Shown piece after piece: positions 19,480 through 28,567 of a DNA stretch of 64,000 nt. The position numbers and the translations under genes are program-made. Positions within the stretch are counted from its first letter, which is position 1; the number at the start of each line of letters is the position of its first letter. Under the pieces are notes generated by a model. It was not told where the DNA came from, made no database searches, and was given only the letters and a program-made list of their open reading frames with translations. Location of the stretch: the IMG/VR virus record IMGVR_UViG_3300030098_005649; one strand, 5' to 3'. This stretch comes from a virus (lineage: Duplodnaviria > Caudoviricetes).

Positions 19480-19818
19480 ATGATAAAGGCAATATTGTGT
19501 TTATTACTTGTGGGCTCCTTGACGGCCCGTAATTACGAGTTTGGTGCTCGTAAAAGTCAAGAACCAATACCTGTGAAGGACTTTCGTTTGGAATACCACG
19601 ACATTCCTGATGGAGTAACTAATCTCATAGGTAAGGTTGTAGCAGTGTTTGACATAGACGAACACGGTAATGTATTAGACGCATATGTTCAAGATACCTT
19701 CAACATCCAACTAAATCACATAATCGTAGATAAACTAAAACAAACCAAATACCAACCAGCCATACAAAATGGAAGACCTGTGCGAGTAAGGATGACACTC
19801 CCTATCGTTTTCAAATAA
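19480..19818 (+). CDS. secreted TonB C-terminal domain protein
   Basis: Signal peptide (LTA|R) then GKVVAVFDIDEHGNV..YQPAIQNGRPVRVRMTLPIVF; no Pro-rich linker. Confidence 0.8.
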   Translation: MIKAILCLLLVGSLTARNYEFGARKSQEPIPVKDFRLEYHDIPDGVTNLIGKVVAVFDIDEHGNVLDAYVQDTFNIQLNHIIVDKLKQTKYQPAIQNGRPVRVRMTLPIVFK

Positions 19819-19831
19819 ACCATTTTTCAAA

Positions 19832-19852
19832 GAGGGGGGCTATGTCCCCCCT
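19832..19852 (+). terminator. GC-rich hairpin after TonB-like gene
   Basis: GAGGGGG/CCCCCTC stem; poor U-tract. Confidence 0.45.
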
Positions 19853-19900
19853 CGGCGTATTTAACACGAAATAAAATCTTAACTTTTTTTAAAATAATGC

Positions 19901-19929
19901 TTGACCCGTATTGTTTTTCTTTGTATATT
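19901..19929 (+). promoter_or_regulatory. sigma70-type early promoter
   Basis: aatgcTTGACC-17-TATATT. Confidence 0.8.
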
Positions 19930-19973
19930 AGGGTATGATAAATAACCAAATAATAAAGAAAAGGAATAACATT

Positions 19974-20273
19974 ATGGGAATCGTATCTAACTATAAACCA
20001 CTTACTATGAACTCTTTTAGATTTGTACTTCGTACACCTAAAGGTAAAACTTTCAGCTTTACAGACCATCTGTGTTTAGATGATAAATCTAAGTCTTGGT
20101 ACATTACTAAGGTAATGAAGAAATACTTCGATTTGACTAATGGTATGGAAGTCGTTAGAGTATCTAAAGACATTAGTGGCTTGGGTCGTAGATTCAAACA
20201 AGTATACTCTGAGTCAAAGGGTTGGATGGAAGGAGACTTGACCAAAGTCAATCCATATCTTTCTTCAAAATAA
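19974..20273 (+). CDS. early hypothetical protein
   Basis: SD aaagga; behind promoter. Confidence 0.7.
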   Translation: MGIVSNYKPLTMNSFRFVLRTPKGKTFSFTDHLCLDDKSKSWYITKVMKKYFDLTNGMEVVRVSKDISGLGRRFKQVYSESKGWMEGDLTKVNPYLSSK

Positions 20274-20286
20274 TTGAAGAAAGTGC

Positions 20287-20316
20287 TTGACTTGTATAGT
20301 ATTTTATTAGTATATT
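20287..20316 (+). promoter_or_regulatory. sigma70-type early promoter
   Basis: aaagtgcTTGACT-18-TATATT. Confidence 0.8.
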
Positions 20317-20342
20317 TAGGTATAATAAAAAGGAAATAAATA

Positions 20343-20714
20343 ATGAAAAATAAAATGAATTATAAAAATCAAATGAATGTCCTAATGGACGGAATCAGAA
20401 AATCTTACGCTGATTGGAATGGTAATCCTGTTGATTCTAAAGATGAAGTTAGACTCAATATGATTGAGAGATTCAACTCTACTATCCGTATTGACAATGG
20501 TCGTAAATTCGACAAGATTGTAACTGGTACTTCTGTTTGGGGATTTGTCGCTAAGGACGATGGAATGTTCAAAAACATGCCTATGAAAAAAGGTGATGTG
20601 TTCAAACCCGCTGGTTGGAGAGCTCCCGCTAAACATAAAAGAGGAACTATCTTTACTGACGATTTGATGGACGCTAACTTCTATAGTTGGACAGGCCCAA
20701 ATTATTTGAAATAA
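20343..20714 (+). CDS. conserved early protein of large marine myophages
   Basis: RKFDKIV..VWGFV..GDVFKPAGWRAPAK motif recalled from T4-like marine phages; high-expression codons. Confidence 0.6.
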   Translation: MKNKMNYKNQMNVLMDGIRKSYADWNGNPVDSKDEVRLNMIERFNSTIRIDNGRKFDKIVTGTSVWGFVAKDDGMFKNMPMKKGDVFKPAGWRAPAKHKRGTIFTDDLMDANFYSWTGPNYLK

Positions 20715-20728
20715 ATTGAAAATAGTGC

Positions 20729-20758
20729 TTGACTTGTATGGTGTTTTATTCGTATATT
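20729..20758 (+). promoter_or_regulatory. sigma70-type early promoter
   Basis: atagtgcTTGACT-18-TATATT. Confidence 0.8.
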
Positions 20759-20795
20759 ACACCATACTAAATAACTAAAAAATAAAGGATTTGAA

Positions 20796-20939
20796 ATGAA
20801 AGAAATATTTGAAGACATCAAAAAAGATATGGACGATTTTTTCGAGGAAATAGACGCAATCATCGCTGGAGAAAAAACTATGAGTGATGAGGAATGTGAG
20901 TATTGGGAAATGAAGGCGGAGTTACATAATGAACGATAG
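20796..20939 (+). CDS. 47-aa acidic early protein (not in ORF track)
   Basis: SD aaagga; behind promoter. Confidence 0.6.
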   Translation: MKEIFEDIKKDMDDFFEEIDAIIAGEKTMSDEECEYWEMKAELHNER

Positions 20940-21040
20940 ACAACTAAATTTATTTCATAACCTAAATCATCCTGTGGAAGATGATGGAACTACAGTTGAT
21001 GATTTGTTAGATAACTTGTTCAATAGAAAAAGGAGTATAA

Positions 21041-21343
21041 ATGTTCGAGACTAATTTCAAATCAAGTCATATGATAACCGTAGACGAACCAGGTACTACA
21101 AGAGAAATGACTTTCTTGGGTATGTTGAGTAATACAGGTTGTCTTAGGATGAAAGATATAAACATAAACGAAATAAGAAACTTATCAGTTGTTTGGCATT
21201 ATGATGGTGACGATGTAATGATAGATGAGATTTATGATACTGATAGTGGTGAAGTGTATTGGGTAGACCACGAAGAAAATTGGTCTGAGTATGATGAAGT
21301 TTTATTATGTAGTTTACTAATGAGTGGAGACTTAGAATGTTAG
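21041..21343 (+). CDS. acidic hypothetical protein
   Basis: SD aaggag. Confidence 0.65.
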   Translation: MFETNFKSSHMITVDEPGTTREMTFLGMLSNTGCLRMKDININEIRNLSVVWHYDGDDVMIDEIYDTDSGEVYWVDHEENWSEYDEVLLCSLLMSGDLEC

Positions 21344-21448
21344 AAATAATTATAGGAATATTAGTATGTTCTCAATTTATAATGTGGGCATACTTTCAAA
21401 CTGAGATAAATATTCTCACTAACAAAATGGAAACAAAGGAGGCTATTC

Positions 21449-21634
21449 GTGACTTTGAAAAAAATCTTAGAAATGTTAGAATCGATTGAGGGTCAATTAG
21501 ATGATGCCTATTATAACTTACCTGAGTACGATGCAAATTCAGATGGAAAAAGTTATATTGATGGTGCACGATGTGATATTTATTATTTGAAAGAACAAGT
21601 ACAAAATAGGATAGATGTAGATGGAGACAACTAA
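21449..21634 (+). CDS. hypothetical protein
   Basis: GTG start with aaggagg SD. Confidence 0.6.
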   Translation: MTLKKILEMLESIEGQLDDAYYNLPEYDANSDGKSYIDGARCDIYYLKEQVQNRIDVDGDN

Positions 21635-21863
21635 AAATAAAAAACAGAAGACCATATTGGATTGTGAACTATTAGGTTTACATTTGGAAAGGGTGGAACA
21701 GAAGTTTCACGAAATGGGTATACCAGAAGAAGATTTTGTAACCAACCGACTCGAAGATGAATTGGAAGTAATGGAATGGTTTGTAACTATGATGATGACC
21801 GAAGGTGGTGGTATGATAAAACAAATACAAGAAAGAACTAAGTGGGAGTTGGCACGAGCATGA
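21621..21863 (+). CDS. hypothetical protein
   Basis: Overlap coupling. Confidence 0.6.
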   Translation: METTKNKKQKTILDCELLGLHLERVEQKFHEMGIPEEDFVTNRLEDELEVMEWFVTMMMTEGGGMIKQIQERTKWELARA

Positions 21864-22327
21864 CAAAATATTTATTAGATATAGATGTATTATCCGAAGT
21901 AAACCAATACACAAAACATATACAAGGTACAGGTGATGCTGGTATTGATTTGTATTTTCCTCATAGTGTGAGGATAGGTGCTGGAGATACATTACTGATT
22001 GACTTTGAGATTCGTACAAGAATGAAACATATACTTGACCCAAAGACTTTAGAGATGGAAGAGTGTAGTTATATGTTAGTACCAAGAAGTAGTATATGGA
22101 GAACTCCATTACGACAATCAAATGGAGTTGGTATAATTGATAGTGGTTATCGTGGACACATTATGGTTCCTGTAGATAATATGAGTAATCAATCTTACGA
22201 GGTAAAACGAGGAGAGAGATTATTTCAGATTGTATCTCCAACACTTGGAGAGACTATGGTTCAGTTTACTAAATTGACTACTGATACCAAGAGAGGAACA
22301 GGTGGATTTGGGAGTACTGGCAAATGA
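21860..22327 (+). CDS. dut: trimeric dUTPase
   Basis: DAGIDL, PRSS, GIIDSGYRG, RLFQIV, RGTGGFGSTG (motifs 1-5). Confidence 0.95.
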   Translation: MTKYLLDIDVLSEVNQYTKHIQGTGDAGIDLYFPHSVRIGAGDTLLIDFEIRTRMKHILDPKTLEMEECSYMLVPRSSIWRTPLRQSNGVGIIDSGYRGHIMVPVDNMSNQSYEVKRGERLFQIVSPTLGETMVQFTKLTTDTKRGTGGFGSTGK

Positions 22328-22515
22328 GTGAAATGGCAAAACGAGGTACATACTTCGAGATAAAACAACTTGAGAAAAGAGTTGAGAAACTTGAAAAGAT
22401 ATTAGAAAAGTTTATGGAACAATGGGGGCCTGATGTTCAACAGAAAAGAGCTGAACGAGATGCCAGATGGGATGAGATGGTAAGAGTACTACAGATTCAA
22501 GAAAGTAAAAAGTAA
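22324..22515 (+). CDS. small coiled-coil protein
   Basis: ATGA overlap. Confidence 0.6.
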   Translation: MSEMAKRGTYFEIKQLEKRVEKLEKILEKFMEQWGPDVQQKRAERDARWDEMVRVLQIQESKK

Positions 22516-22838
22516 TGAAACATAAGTTATTAGGAATCTTCGTATTTATATTTCTTGCACATTGTATAAATTTATACATTGAAAAGAAACCAGAACCTGA
22601 GAGAAAAACATATGAAATCAAAGATGAGATTACAGGCAAGACACATATCTTTTATAAAAAGCCAAATCTAAAAAAGAATGTGATGTTTTATTGTTTGAAT
22701 GATGAGGAACATAAGGTTATATGGATAGATTGGCATCCTAATCAAACGCCTGAATATACCTATCAAGTTGATTCTTATGACAATTATTCTCAAAAAACTT
22801 GGTGGGAACAACATTATGGATATAGGATAGCACCTTGA
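22515..22838 (+). CDS. membrane-anchored hypothetical protein
   Basis: N-terminal hydrophobic segment; TAATG coupling. Confidence 0.6.
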   Translation: MKHKLLGIFVFIFLAHCINLYIEKKPEPERKTYEIKDEITGKTHIFYKKPNLKKNVMFYCLNDEEHKVIWIDWHPNQTPEYTYQVDSYDNYSQKTWWEQHYGYRIAP

Positions 22839-22953
22839 ATATAATAATTTGGATTAGAAATATGTGGCAAAGATATATAGAATGGAGAATCGTAAAACAA
22901 TCTGAAAAGTTTGCGAAAGAATTACAAGATAAAAAATACAAACCAAGAAAACC

Positions 22954-23160
22954 TTGGGATGTAGGGATATGGAAATGAAACAAATAAGACATAGTAAATT
23001 ACCAATCACCTTGATATCGGATGACCATTTGACAACGGACTTTCTAAAGGCGATTCAAATACAAATGAACGAATACAGTTGGGATGATTGGATTGATGAG
23101 AATGGTAATTGGTTTACATTTTGGAATAAACCAAACCCTAAACAATTGGAGTTATTTTGA
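22954..23160 (+). CDS. hypothetical protein
   Basis: ORF track; start uncertain. Confidence 0.5.
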   Translation: MGCRDMEMKQIRHSKLPITLISDDHLTTDFLKAIQIQMNEYSWDDWIDENGNWFTFWNKPNPKQLELF

Positions 23161-23411
23161 AAATTACATTAGCACAAAGACATTTATTCAATGAGTCAAA
23201 ACCAATTGTACAAATACTTGGAAGTGAAGATATGGTACAATGGGATGAGTGTGATTTGAGTGAGTGTCCACCATATAGATTACCAGGTAGTATGACAGCA
23301 CACGGTAAGTTTCCAACATACAATTATGATGAACTACCAGAAACCTTTACTGATACAAATGGTAATGAACATAAGGTAGAAGATATAATTGCATATAGGA
23401 GTTCAATATGA
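23157..23411 (+). CDS. hypothetical protein
   Basis: TTGA overlap. Confidence 0.55.
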   Translation: MKITLAQRHLFNESKPIVQILGSEDMVQWDECDLSECPPYRLPGSMTAHGKFPTYNYDELPETFTDTNGNEHKVEDIIAYRSSI

Positions 23412-23484
23412 TTTGGGCATTGATGGGTCTGATTATTACTCTACTTGTATCAATGATTTACCTAATGATATCTCAAGATTGATT

Positions 23485-23931
23485 ATGAATAAAAGAGCAG
23501 AAAATATAAAAAAACTAAATACTAAAATGTTTGGAGAGAGACTTGAGAAACTACTTGAGTTGATTCTCAAAACAACAACTTATAAAGATGATAATGCAAA
23601 TTTATTTCATACACATCAGATACTAACAGAAAACTGGTTAGATAGATTGAATAGTGGTTGGATGGATTTGGCAAGTGAACGAGTAGAGATGATGAAACAG
23701 GCTAATAATATATGGGCTGTTAGAAAGAAGATAGAATCAGGTGAAGTACAAGAAGATGAAAATGGTCTGTTAGAAATGGAAACAAGAAACTTTATAAATA
23801 ACAATGAAAAAATAAATGCAATAAAACATTACAGGAAATCGATGAGAGAAGTATATGGTAAAGAAGTTTCTCTCAAAGAAGCAAAAGAGTATGTTGATGC
23901 AGTACATACAATAATTAGACAAGGAAAGTAA
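23485..23931 (+). CDS. protein with ribosomal protein bL12 (L7/L12) C-terminal-like domain
   Basis: EKINAIKHYR..SLKEAKEYVD matches bL12 CTD KIxxIKxxR..LKEAKxxVE. Confidence 0.6.
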   Translation: MNKRAENIKKLNTKMFGERLEKLLELILKTTTYKDDNANLFHTHQILTENWLDRLNSGWMDLASERVEMMKQANNIWAVRKKIESGEVQEDENGLLEMETRNFINNNEKINAIKHYRKSMREVYGKEVSLKEAKEYVDAVHTIIRQGK

Positions 23932-23943
23932 GGTTATAATAAT

Positions 23944-24192
23944 ATGAGGAAGAGAATGGCTAAGAAATTACCAAAGAAGAAATGTCAGCATTGTGGGAAG
24001 TTTACAACCACTCCATACAAGGTAACTAAAGTACCAGGTTTTCGTATGGCAATGGATGTACCCAATTATGTAAAACAAGATAAGGGTAGAAAGAACCCAC
24101 GAGCTGAAAGGTTCAATGGTGTTGTGGAAAAACATTATTGTAATACAGAATGTTATATGGATTCAGTAGATGCAAACATTTCTCCCGTATAA
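23944..24192 (+). CDS. small Cys-containing (zinc-finger-like) protein
   Basis: CQHC..YCNTEC. Confidence 0.55.
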   Translation: MRKRMAKKLPKKKCQHCGKFTTTPYKVTKVPGFRMAMDVPNYVKQDKGRKNPRAERFNGVVEKHYCNTECYMDSVDANISPV

Positions 24193-24643
24193 ATCATTTG
24201 AAGAATCTGCAAAAGTATTAGATTGGCGTAGACTCGGTAAACAAAGAGTCGAGGGAATGCAAATCATAAATGCGATTGAACAGAAACCTCGTAAGGATGG
24301 TAAACCATATAAGGGTTGGTTGAATCATCCTGCGACAGTTATGTGGAGACCGCATGTTGATTTGTTGAAACACTATACCAATATAATAATACAAGAGTGG
24401 ATTGATAGAGGATACAACAATAATATGAAGTTCTATGATGTGAAGTGGCCAATTGACTTACCAGAGTGGTTAGGTTACGAACCATTTCATTCATCACATA
24501 GAGCTAACTTACTTCGTAAAGATAGAGAATACTATTCACAATTCAAGTGGAAAGAAAATTCAGAAGACCCGTATGTATGGAGAGATGTTGAGAAGAAGTG
24601 GTACAGGCAATATGTGGGTACAGGTGAAAGGGTATACTTCTGA
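24170..24643 (+). CDS. pyrimidine-dimer DNA glycosylase (DenV/MSMEG_6728 family)
   Basis: MQTFLPY..LDWRRLGKQRVE..NHPATVMW..SHRANLLRKD. Confidence 0.85.
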   Translation: MQTFLPYKSFEESAKVLDWRRLGKQRVEGMQIINAIEQKPRKDGKPYKGWLNHPATVMWRPHVDLLKHYTNIIIQEWIDRGYNNNMKFYDVKWPIDLPEWLGYEPFHSSHRANLLRKDREYYSQFKWKENSEDPYVWRDVEKKWYRQYVGTGERVYF

Positions 24644-24644
24644 G

Positions 24645-25547
24645 ATGAAAGGGTGGATATTTTCTACACAAAGTAATCCATCATACGAGACTACACGATT
24701 GATAGAATGCTTTGAAAGTGAAGGCATTGATGCATATATGGTACATCCTAACGAGGTTGATATCTTTGTTAGTAGAGAAAACAGAAAATCGGTACAGGTA
24801 GCAAACGAGTACGCATCAATACCTGATTTTGTAATACCACGAGTGGGAAGCTCAACTACATATTACCAGAAGGCAGTCTTCAGGCATTTGGAAAGAATGG
24901 GTGTTATGTTTATCAATGGTAGTGATTCCATAGATAATGTAAAGGATAAATTATATACGATGCAGATACTCGCACAGAATAATATTCCACACCCAAAAAC
25001 TATGTTAGTTAGGAATCCAATAAATCCAACATATGTAGAGAAGAACATTGGGTTTCCTATCGTGGTAAAATCACTAAGTGGTACACACGGAAAGGGAGTA
25101 TATCTTGCAGAGAATAAGAGAAACTTTATCCAACTTGTAGATATGATGGAACAGATAAATGATAGATTCAATATTATACTACAAGAATATGTTTCTGATT
25201 CTCACGGAAAAGATATTAGGATAGTGGTTGTTGGTGGTAAGGTAGTTGGTGGTATGAAAAGAGAATCTAATGATGGAGATTTTAGAGCAAACATTACACG
25301 AGGTGGTGGGGCAAAACCAATAGAGATAGATGAACAAATGGAATATCTTGCATTAGAAACTACTAACTTGTTGGGATTAGATATTAGTGGAGTTGATTTA
25401 CTTTATGATAATGGTGGATATAAGATATGTGAAATAAACTCATCACCAGGATTTCAAGGTATGGAAAAATATACTGACATAAAAGTTGCTGAACAGATAG
25501 TTAATTATATAAAGATAAAACTTGGATATACCAATGGGAATCATTAG
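24645..25547 (+). CDS. rimK: RimK family alpha-L-glutamate ligase (ATP-grasp)
   Basis: VIPRVG, DKL, VVKSLSGTHGKGV, DIRIVVVGG, FRANITRGG, GVDLL, EINSSPGF. Confidence 0.9.
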   Translation: MKGWIFSTQSNPSYETTRLIECFESEGIDAYMVHPNEVDIFVSRENRKSVQVANEYASIPDFVIPRVGSSTTYYQKAVFRHLERMGVMFINGSDSIDNVKDKLYTMQILAQNNIPHPKTMLVRNPINPTYVEKNIGFPIVVKSLSGTHGKGVYLAENKRNFIQLVDMMEQINDRFNIILQEYVSDSHGKDIRIVVVGGKVVGGMKRESNDGDFRANITRGGGAKPIEIDEQMEYLALETTNLLGLDISGVDLLYDNGGYKICEINSSPGFQGMEKYTDIKVAEQIVNYIKIKLGYTNGNH

Positions 25548-25646
25548 AGATTTTATAGAGATGTTGAAGAAGATAATTTTTTTATATCAATACAAACGAC
25601 ATCTGAAGAAGAGAATAGAGAAGAATAATTTTGGTCGTAGGGAAGA

Positions 25647-26297
25647 ATGGTAATGGATATAGCATCGTTAGCTGGTCATCTTGCATTTGGGTTGATAGCC
25701 TTTTCTTTTTTAGTAAAGGATATTTTATGGTTGAGAGTAGTATCAATACTTGCAAGTTTATTTTCAGTATTTTATAATTACACAATACCAGAAACTCCAA
25801 TGTGGTTAGCAATCAATTGGAACATAGTTTTTGTTCTTGTAAACATATATCATATTGCGGTAATTATATATGAGAAACGACCAATAAAGATGCAACCAAA
25901 AGATAAAGAACTATATGAAACTATGTTCAAGGACTTGAGTCCTGTAGAGTATCTAAAGATAAGTAAAGTTGCAGAGTGGAAAAAGTATAAGTCTGGTCAA
26001 TCACTAATAGTACAAGGAATGCCTGTTGATGATTTGATATTGATTTATAATGGTACGGTAAATGTAATCGTGGATGGAGAAGGAGTTGCAAATCTAAAGG
26101 ATGGCCAGTTCGTAGGTGAGATGTCATTCCTTACAGAGAAACCTGCGACCGCTACTTGTAAGGTAGAACACGATACTGAATGTTTAGTGTGGAAACAACC
26201 AGAGTTCAAAGAACTACTGAAAAGAAATCCATCACTATACTACACGATACAAAGTTTATTGAGTAACCAACTGGTGGGTTATAGTACAATAAAGTGA
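25647..26297 (+). CDS. Popeye-like membrane protein with cNMP-binding domain
   Basis: N-terminal TMs (DILWLR..WNIVFVLVN) then LILIYNGTV..GQFVGEMSFLT..ATATC cyclic nucleotide-binding fold. Confidence 0.8.
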   Translation: MVMDIASLAGHLAFGLIAFSFLVKDILWLRVVSILASLFSVFYNYTIPETPMWLAINWNIVFVLVNIYHIAVIIYEKRPIKMQPKDKELYETMFKDLSPVEYLKISKVAEWKKYKSGQSLIVQGMPVDDLILIYNGTVNVIVDGEGVANLKDGQFVGEMSFLTEKPATATCKVEHDTECLVWKQPEFKELLKRNPSLYYTIQSLLSNQLVGYSTIK

Positions 26298-26536
26298 TAG
26301 ATAAATTAGGTCATTACATTTGGTTGAGAATAAATAAAGACCAAGAAGTTTTGAAACAAACAAAACCAATGCATATGAGTGGATTGTATGTATCACCAAA
26401 ACATATACAAAAGTATATAGAGGATTTTGTTACATATGGATTTGATTATCAAGGTGAAGATGTAACAAATATAGATGACATAGATTTTGAACCTATTCCA
26501 AAGTATTGGGATGAAAGTGATGGAAAATTACAATGA
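26294..26536 (+). CDS. hypothetical protein
   Basis: GTGA overlap. Confidence 0.55.
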   Translation: MIDKLGHYIWLRINKDQEVLKQTKPMHMSGLYVSPKHIQKYIEDFVTYGFDYQGEDVTNIDDIDFEPIPKYWDESDGKLQ

Positions 26537-27141
26537 GTGATTTTGTACAAGTAAAGAATTTTATTACTGATGATGAATGTAATGATTTGATAAAATTTTA
26601 TGATACATATTTTAGTGTACAACATCATACAAATCAGCATACTGATGTATTCAATAACAAGTCATTTCAATATGAAGTTATTGCAAACCAATATCAGAAA
26701 AGTTATGCCAGATATTTGATGGATAGAATTAGATGGGGAATAGTAAATGAACTCCGAAAGTTTTATAAGGATGATAGATTTATTTATAATGATTATTGTG
26801 ATTTAGTTAGATGGAAAGTTGGTGAAGGATTGAATTGGCATGCAGATGCAAATTACTATCCATCAGGAGAACCTAACTATGTTAGTTATCGTACATATGG
26901 TTCTGTTACTTATTTGAATGATGATTACGAGGGTGGTGAATTTGAATTTATGAATGAAAAGTATGGTAAGATAAAACCAGAAAAAGGTATGATGATAGCA
27001 TTTCCAGCCGATTTGGATTGGGTACATAGAGTAAATACGGTAACTAAAGGTGATAGGTATACTATGGCAAGTTGGTATACAGATGATAAGAGTCATTGGA
27101 ATTATGTAAATGAAGGTTGGAGTGGTACAATAGGAGTATAA
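26533..27141 (+). CDS. 2OG-Fe(II) oxygenase (prolyl-4-hydroxylase-like)
   Basis: WHAD, YLNDDYEGGEF, HRV..KGDRY. Confidence 0.9.
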   Translation: MSDFVQVKNFITDDECNDLIKFYDTYFSVQHHTNQHTDVFNNKSFQYEVIANQYQKSYARYLMDRIRWGIVNELRKFYKDDRFIYNDYCDLVRWKVGEGLNWHADANYYPSGEPNYVSYRTYGSVTYLNDDYEGGEFEFMNEKYGKIKPEKGMMIAFPADLDWVHRVNTVTKGDRYTMASWYTDDKSHWNYVNEGWSGTIGV

Positions 27142-27148
27142 AAAATAT

Positions 27149-27221
27149 GGGGCTGTAGCTCAGTTGGGAGAGCGCTTCACTTGCACTGAAGAGGTCGCAG
27201 GTTCGATTCCTGTCAGCTCCA
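27149..27221 (+). tRNA. trnA: tRNA-Ala(UGC)
   Basis: GGGGCTG/CAGCTCC acceptor with G3:U70, anticodon arm CTTCA-CTTGCAC-TGAAG, GGTTCGATTCC; CCA not encoded. Confidence 0.97.
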
Positions 27222-27226
27222 CATAT

Positions 27227-27297
27227 GTCGTGGTGACCGAAGAGATAGGTGGCGGACTGCAAATCCGTTTATGTGAGTGCGAATCTCACCCACGACT
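27227..27297 (+). tRNA. trnC: tRNA-Cys(GCA)
   Basis: GTCGTGG/CCACGAC acceptor, U73, GCGGA-CTGCAAA-TCCGT; T-loop TGCGAAT non-canonical. Confidence 0.88.
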
Positions 27298-27309
27298 CAA
27301 GGAAAAGTT

Positions 27310-28530
27310 ATGATACAATTCAAGAATAAAATAGAAGTGAAATGGAATCACTCGATGATGGATAATAAACCATTCCACGATGAAGTCTCAAAACCATTTG
27401 TAGAAGTAACTGGTGATTTTGAAACGAGTTACAATATAAGGTTTGAGTCTGATGGTGAATTGTTACATAGCACAATCATACAAAATAATATGTGGGTTGA
27501 TGTCAATCTATGTTATCCCAAAGATGTAGATATTTGGATTACAGAAGCATTTTCTGGTATAGAGAAACACTACAAACTTGAACTCACTAAGGATAGTAAA
27601 GTATTATGTTACTTCAATTCTAATGCAATGGGAGATGCCATAGCTTGGGTAAACACTATCCAAAAGTGGGTTGAAGAAAAGGGATGTCAAGTAGATATCT
27701 TTGCTACTGAATTTATTTGTTCGTTGTTCAAGAACGGAAAAAATGAGATAAAAAATGTAGTAAGTGAAAGGGATGTTTGGGGTGGACCTGAACGAAAGGA
27801 TAGATGGGAAAAATATGATTTTATATTTGGAGTTGGTCAATACGAAGATAATAAATGGTTAGTCGAAAATAAAAGAAGGCCTGAAAACCCACATCCACGA
27901 GAGATAACTTTACAAGAAGTACCAAGTAGTATATTAGGAATAGAAACTAATTTTGATAGACCAGAAATAAATCCAAGTTGGATAAAAGAACCAACAATAG
28001 ATGGAGACTATGTTTGTATTGCAACACACTCTACCTTACAGGCAAAGTATTGGAATAAAATTGGTGGTTGGGATTATGTCGTACCTTATCTAAATCTAAA
28101 AGGATATAAAGTAGTAAGTATATCTTTAGAGTCTGGTATTTATTGTGGTAACAAAACTCCAAAGACAGATATAAATAAAACAGGTTACATACCAATATCA
28201 GATAGAGTAAACGACCTACATCATTGTAAATTTTTTATTGGATTACCATCTGGATTATCTTGGTTGGCTTGGGCACTAAATAAACCTGTACTTATGGTTG
28301 GTAATTATTCTAAACCATATTCTGAATTTCAAGATAATGTTGTTAGAGTATATAAGGAAGGCCCATATACTGGAATATATAATGATACATCTATAGACAT
28401 ACAAAACAAAGAATGGAATTATAATCCTTATATAGAATGTAAAGACTTATCAGATTGGAATGATATTGAGACCATAGATACTCAAGATGTTTTTGATGGA
28501 ATTGATAAGTTGATTGATATTTATTTATAA
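27310..28530 (+). CDS. autotransporter heptosyltransferase (TibC/Aah)-like GT-B enzyme, Cys-less variant
   Basis: MGDAIAW, CIATHSTLQAKYWN, FIGLPSGLSWLAWAL. Confidence 0.75.
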   Translation: MIQFKNKIEVKWNHSMMDNKPFHDEVSKPFVEVTGDFETSYNIRFESDGELLHSTIIQNNMWVDVNLCYPKDVDIWITEAFSGIEKHYKLELTKDSKVLCYFNSNAMGDAIAWVNTIQKWVEEKGCQVDIFATEFICSLFKNGKNEIKNVVSERDVWGGPERKDRWEKYDFIFGVGQYEDNKWLVENKRRPENPHPREITLQEVPSSILGIETNFDRPEINPSWIKEPTIDGDYVCIATHSTLQAKYWNKIGGWDYVVPYLNLKGYKVVSISLESGIYCGNKTPKTDINKTGYIPISDRVNDLHHCKFFIGLPSGLSWLAWALNKPVLMVGNYSKPYSEFQDNVVRVYKEGPYTGIYNDTSIDIQNKEWNYNPYIECKDLSDWNDIETIDTQDVFDGIDKLIDIYL

Positions 28531-28567
28531 CTCGAAATTGTACTCCCGTACAAACAGGAAATAAATT

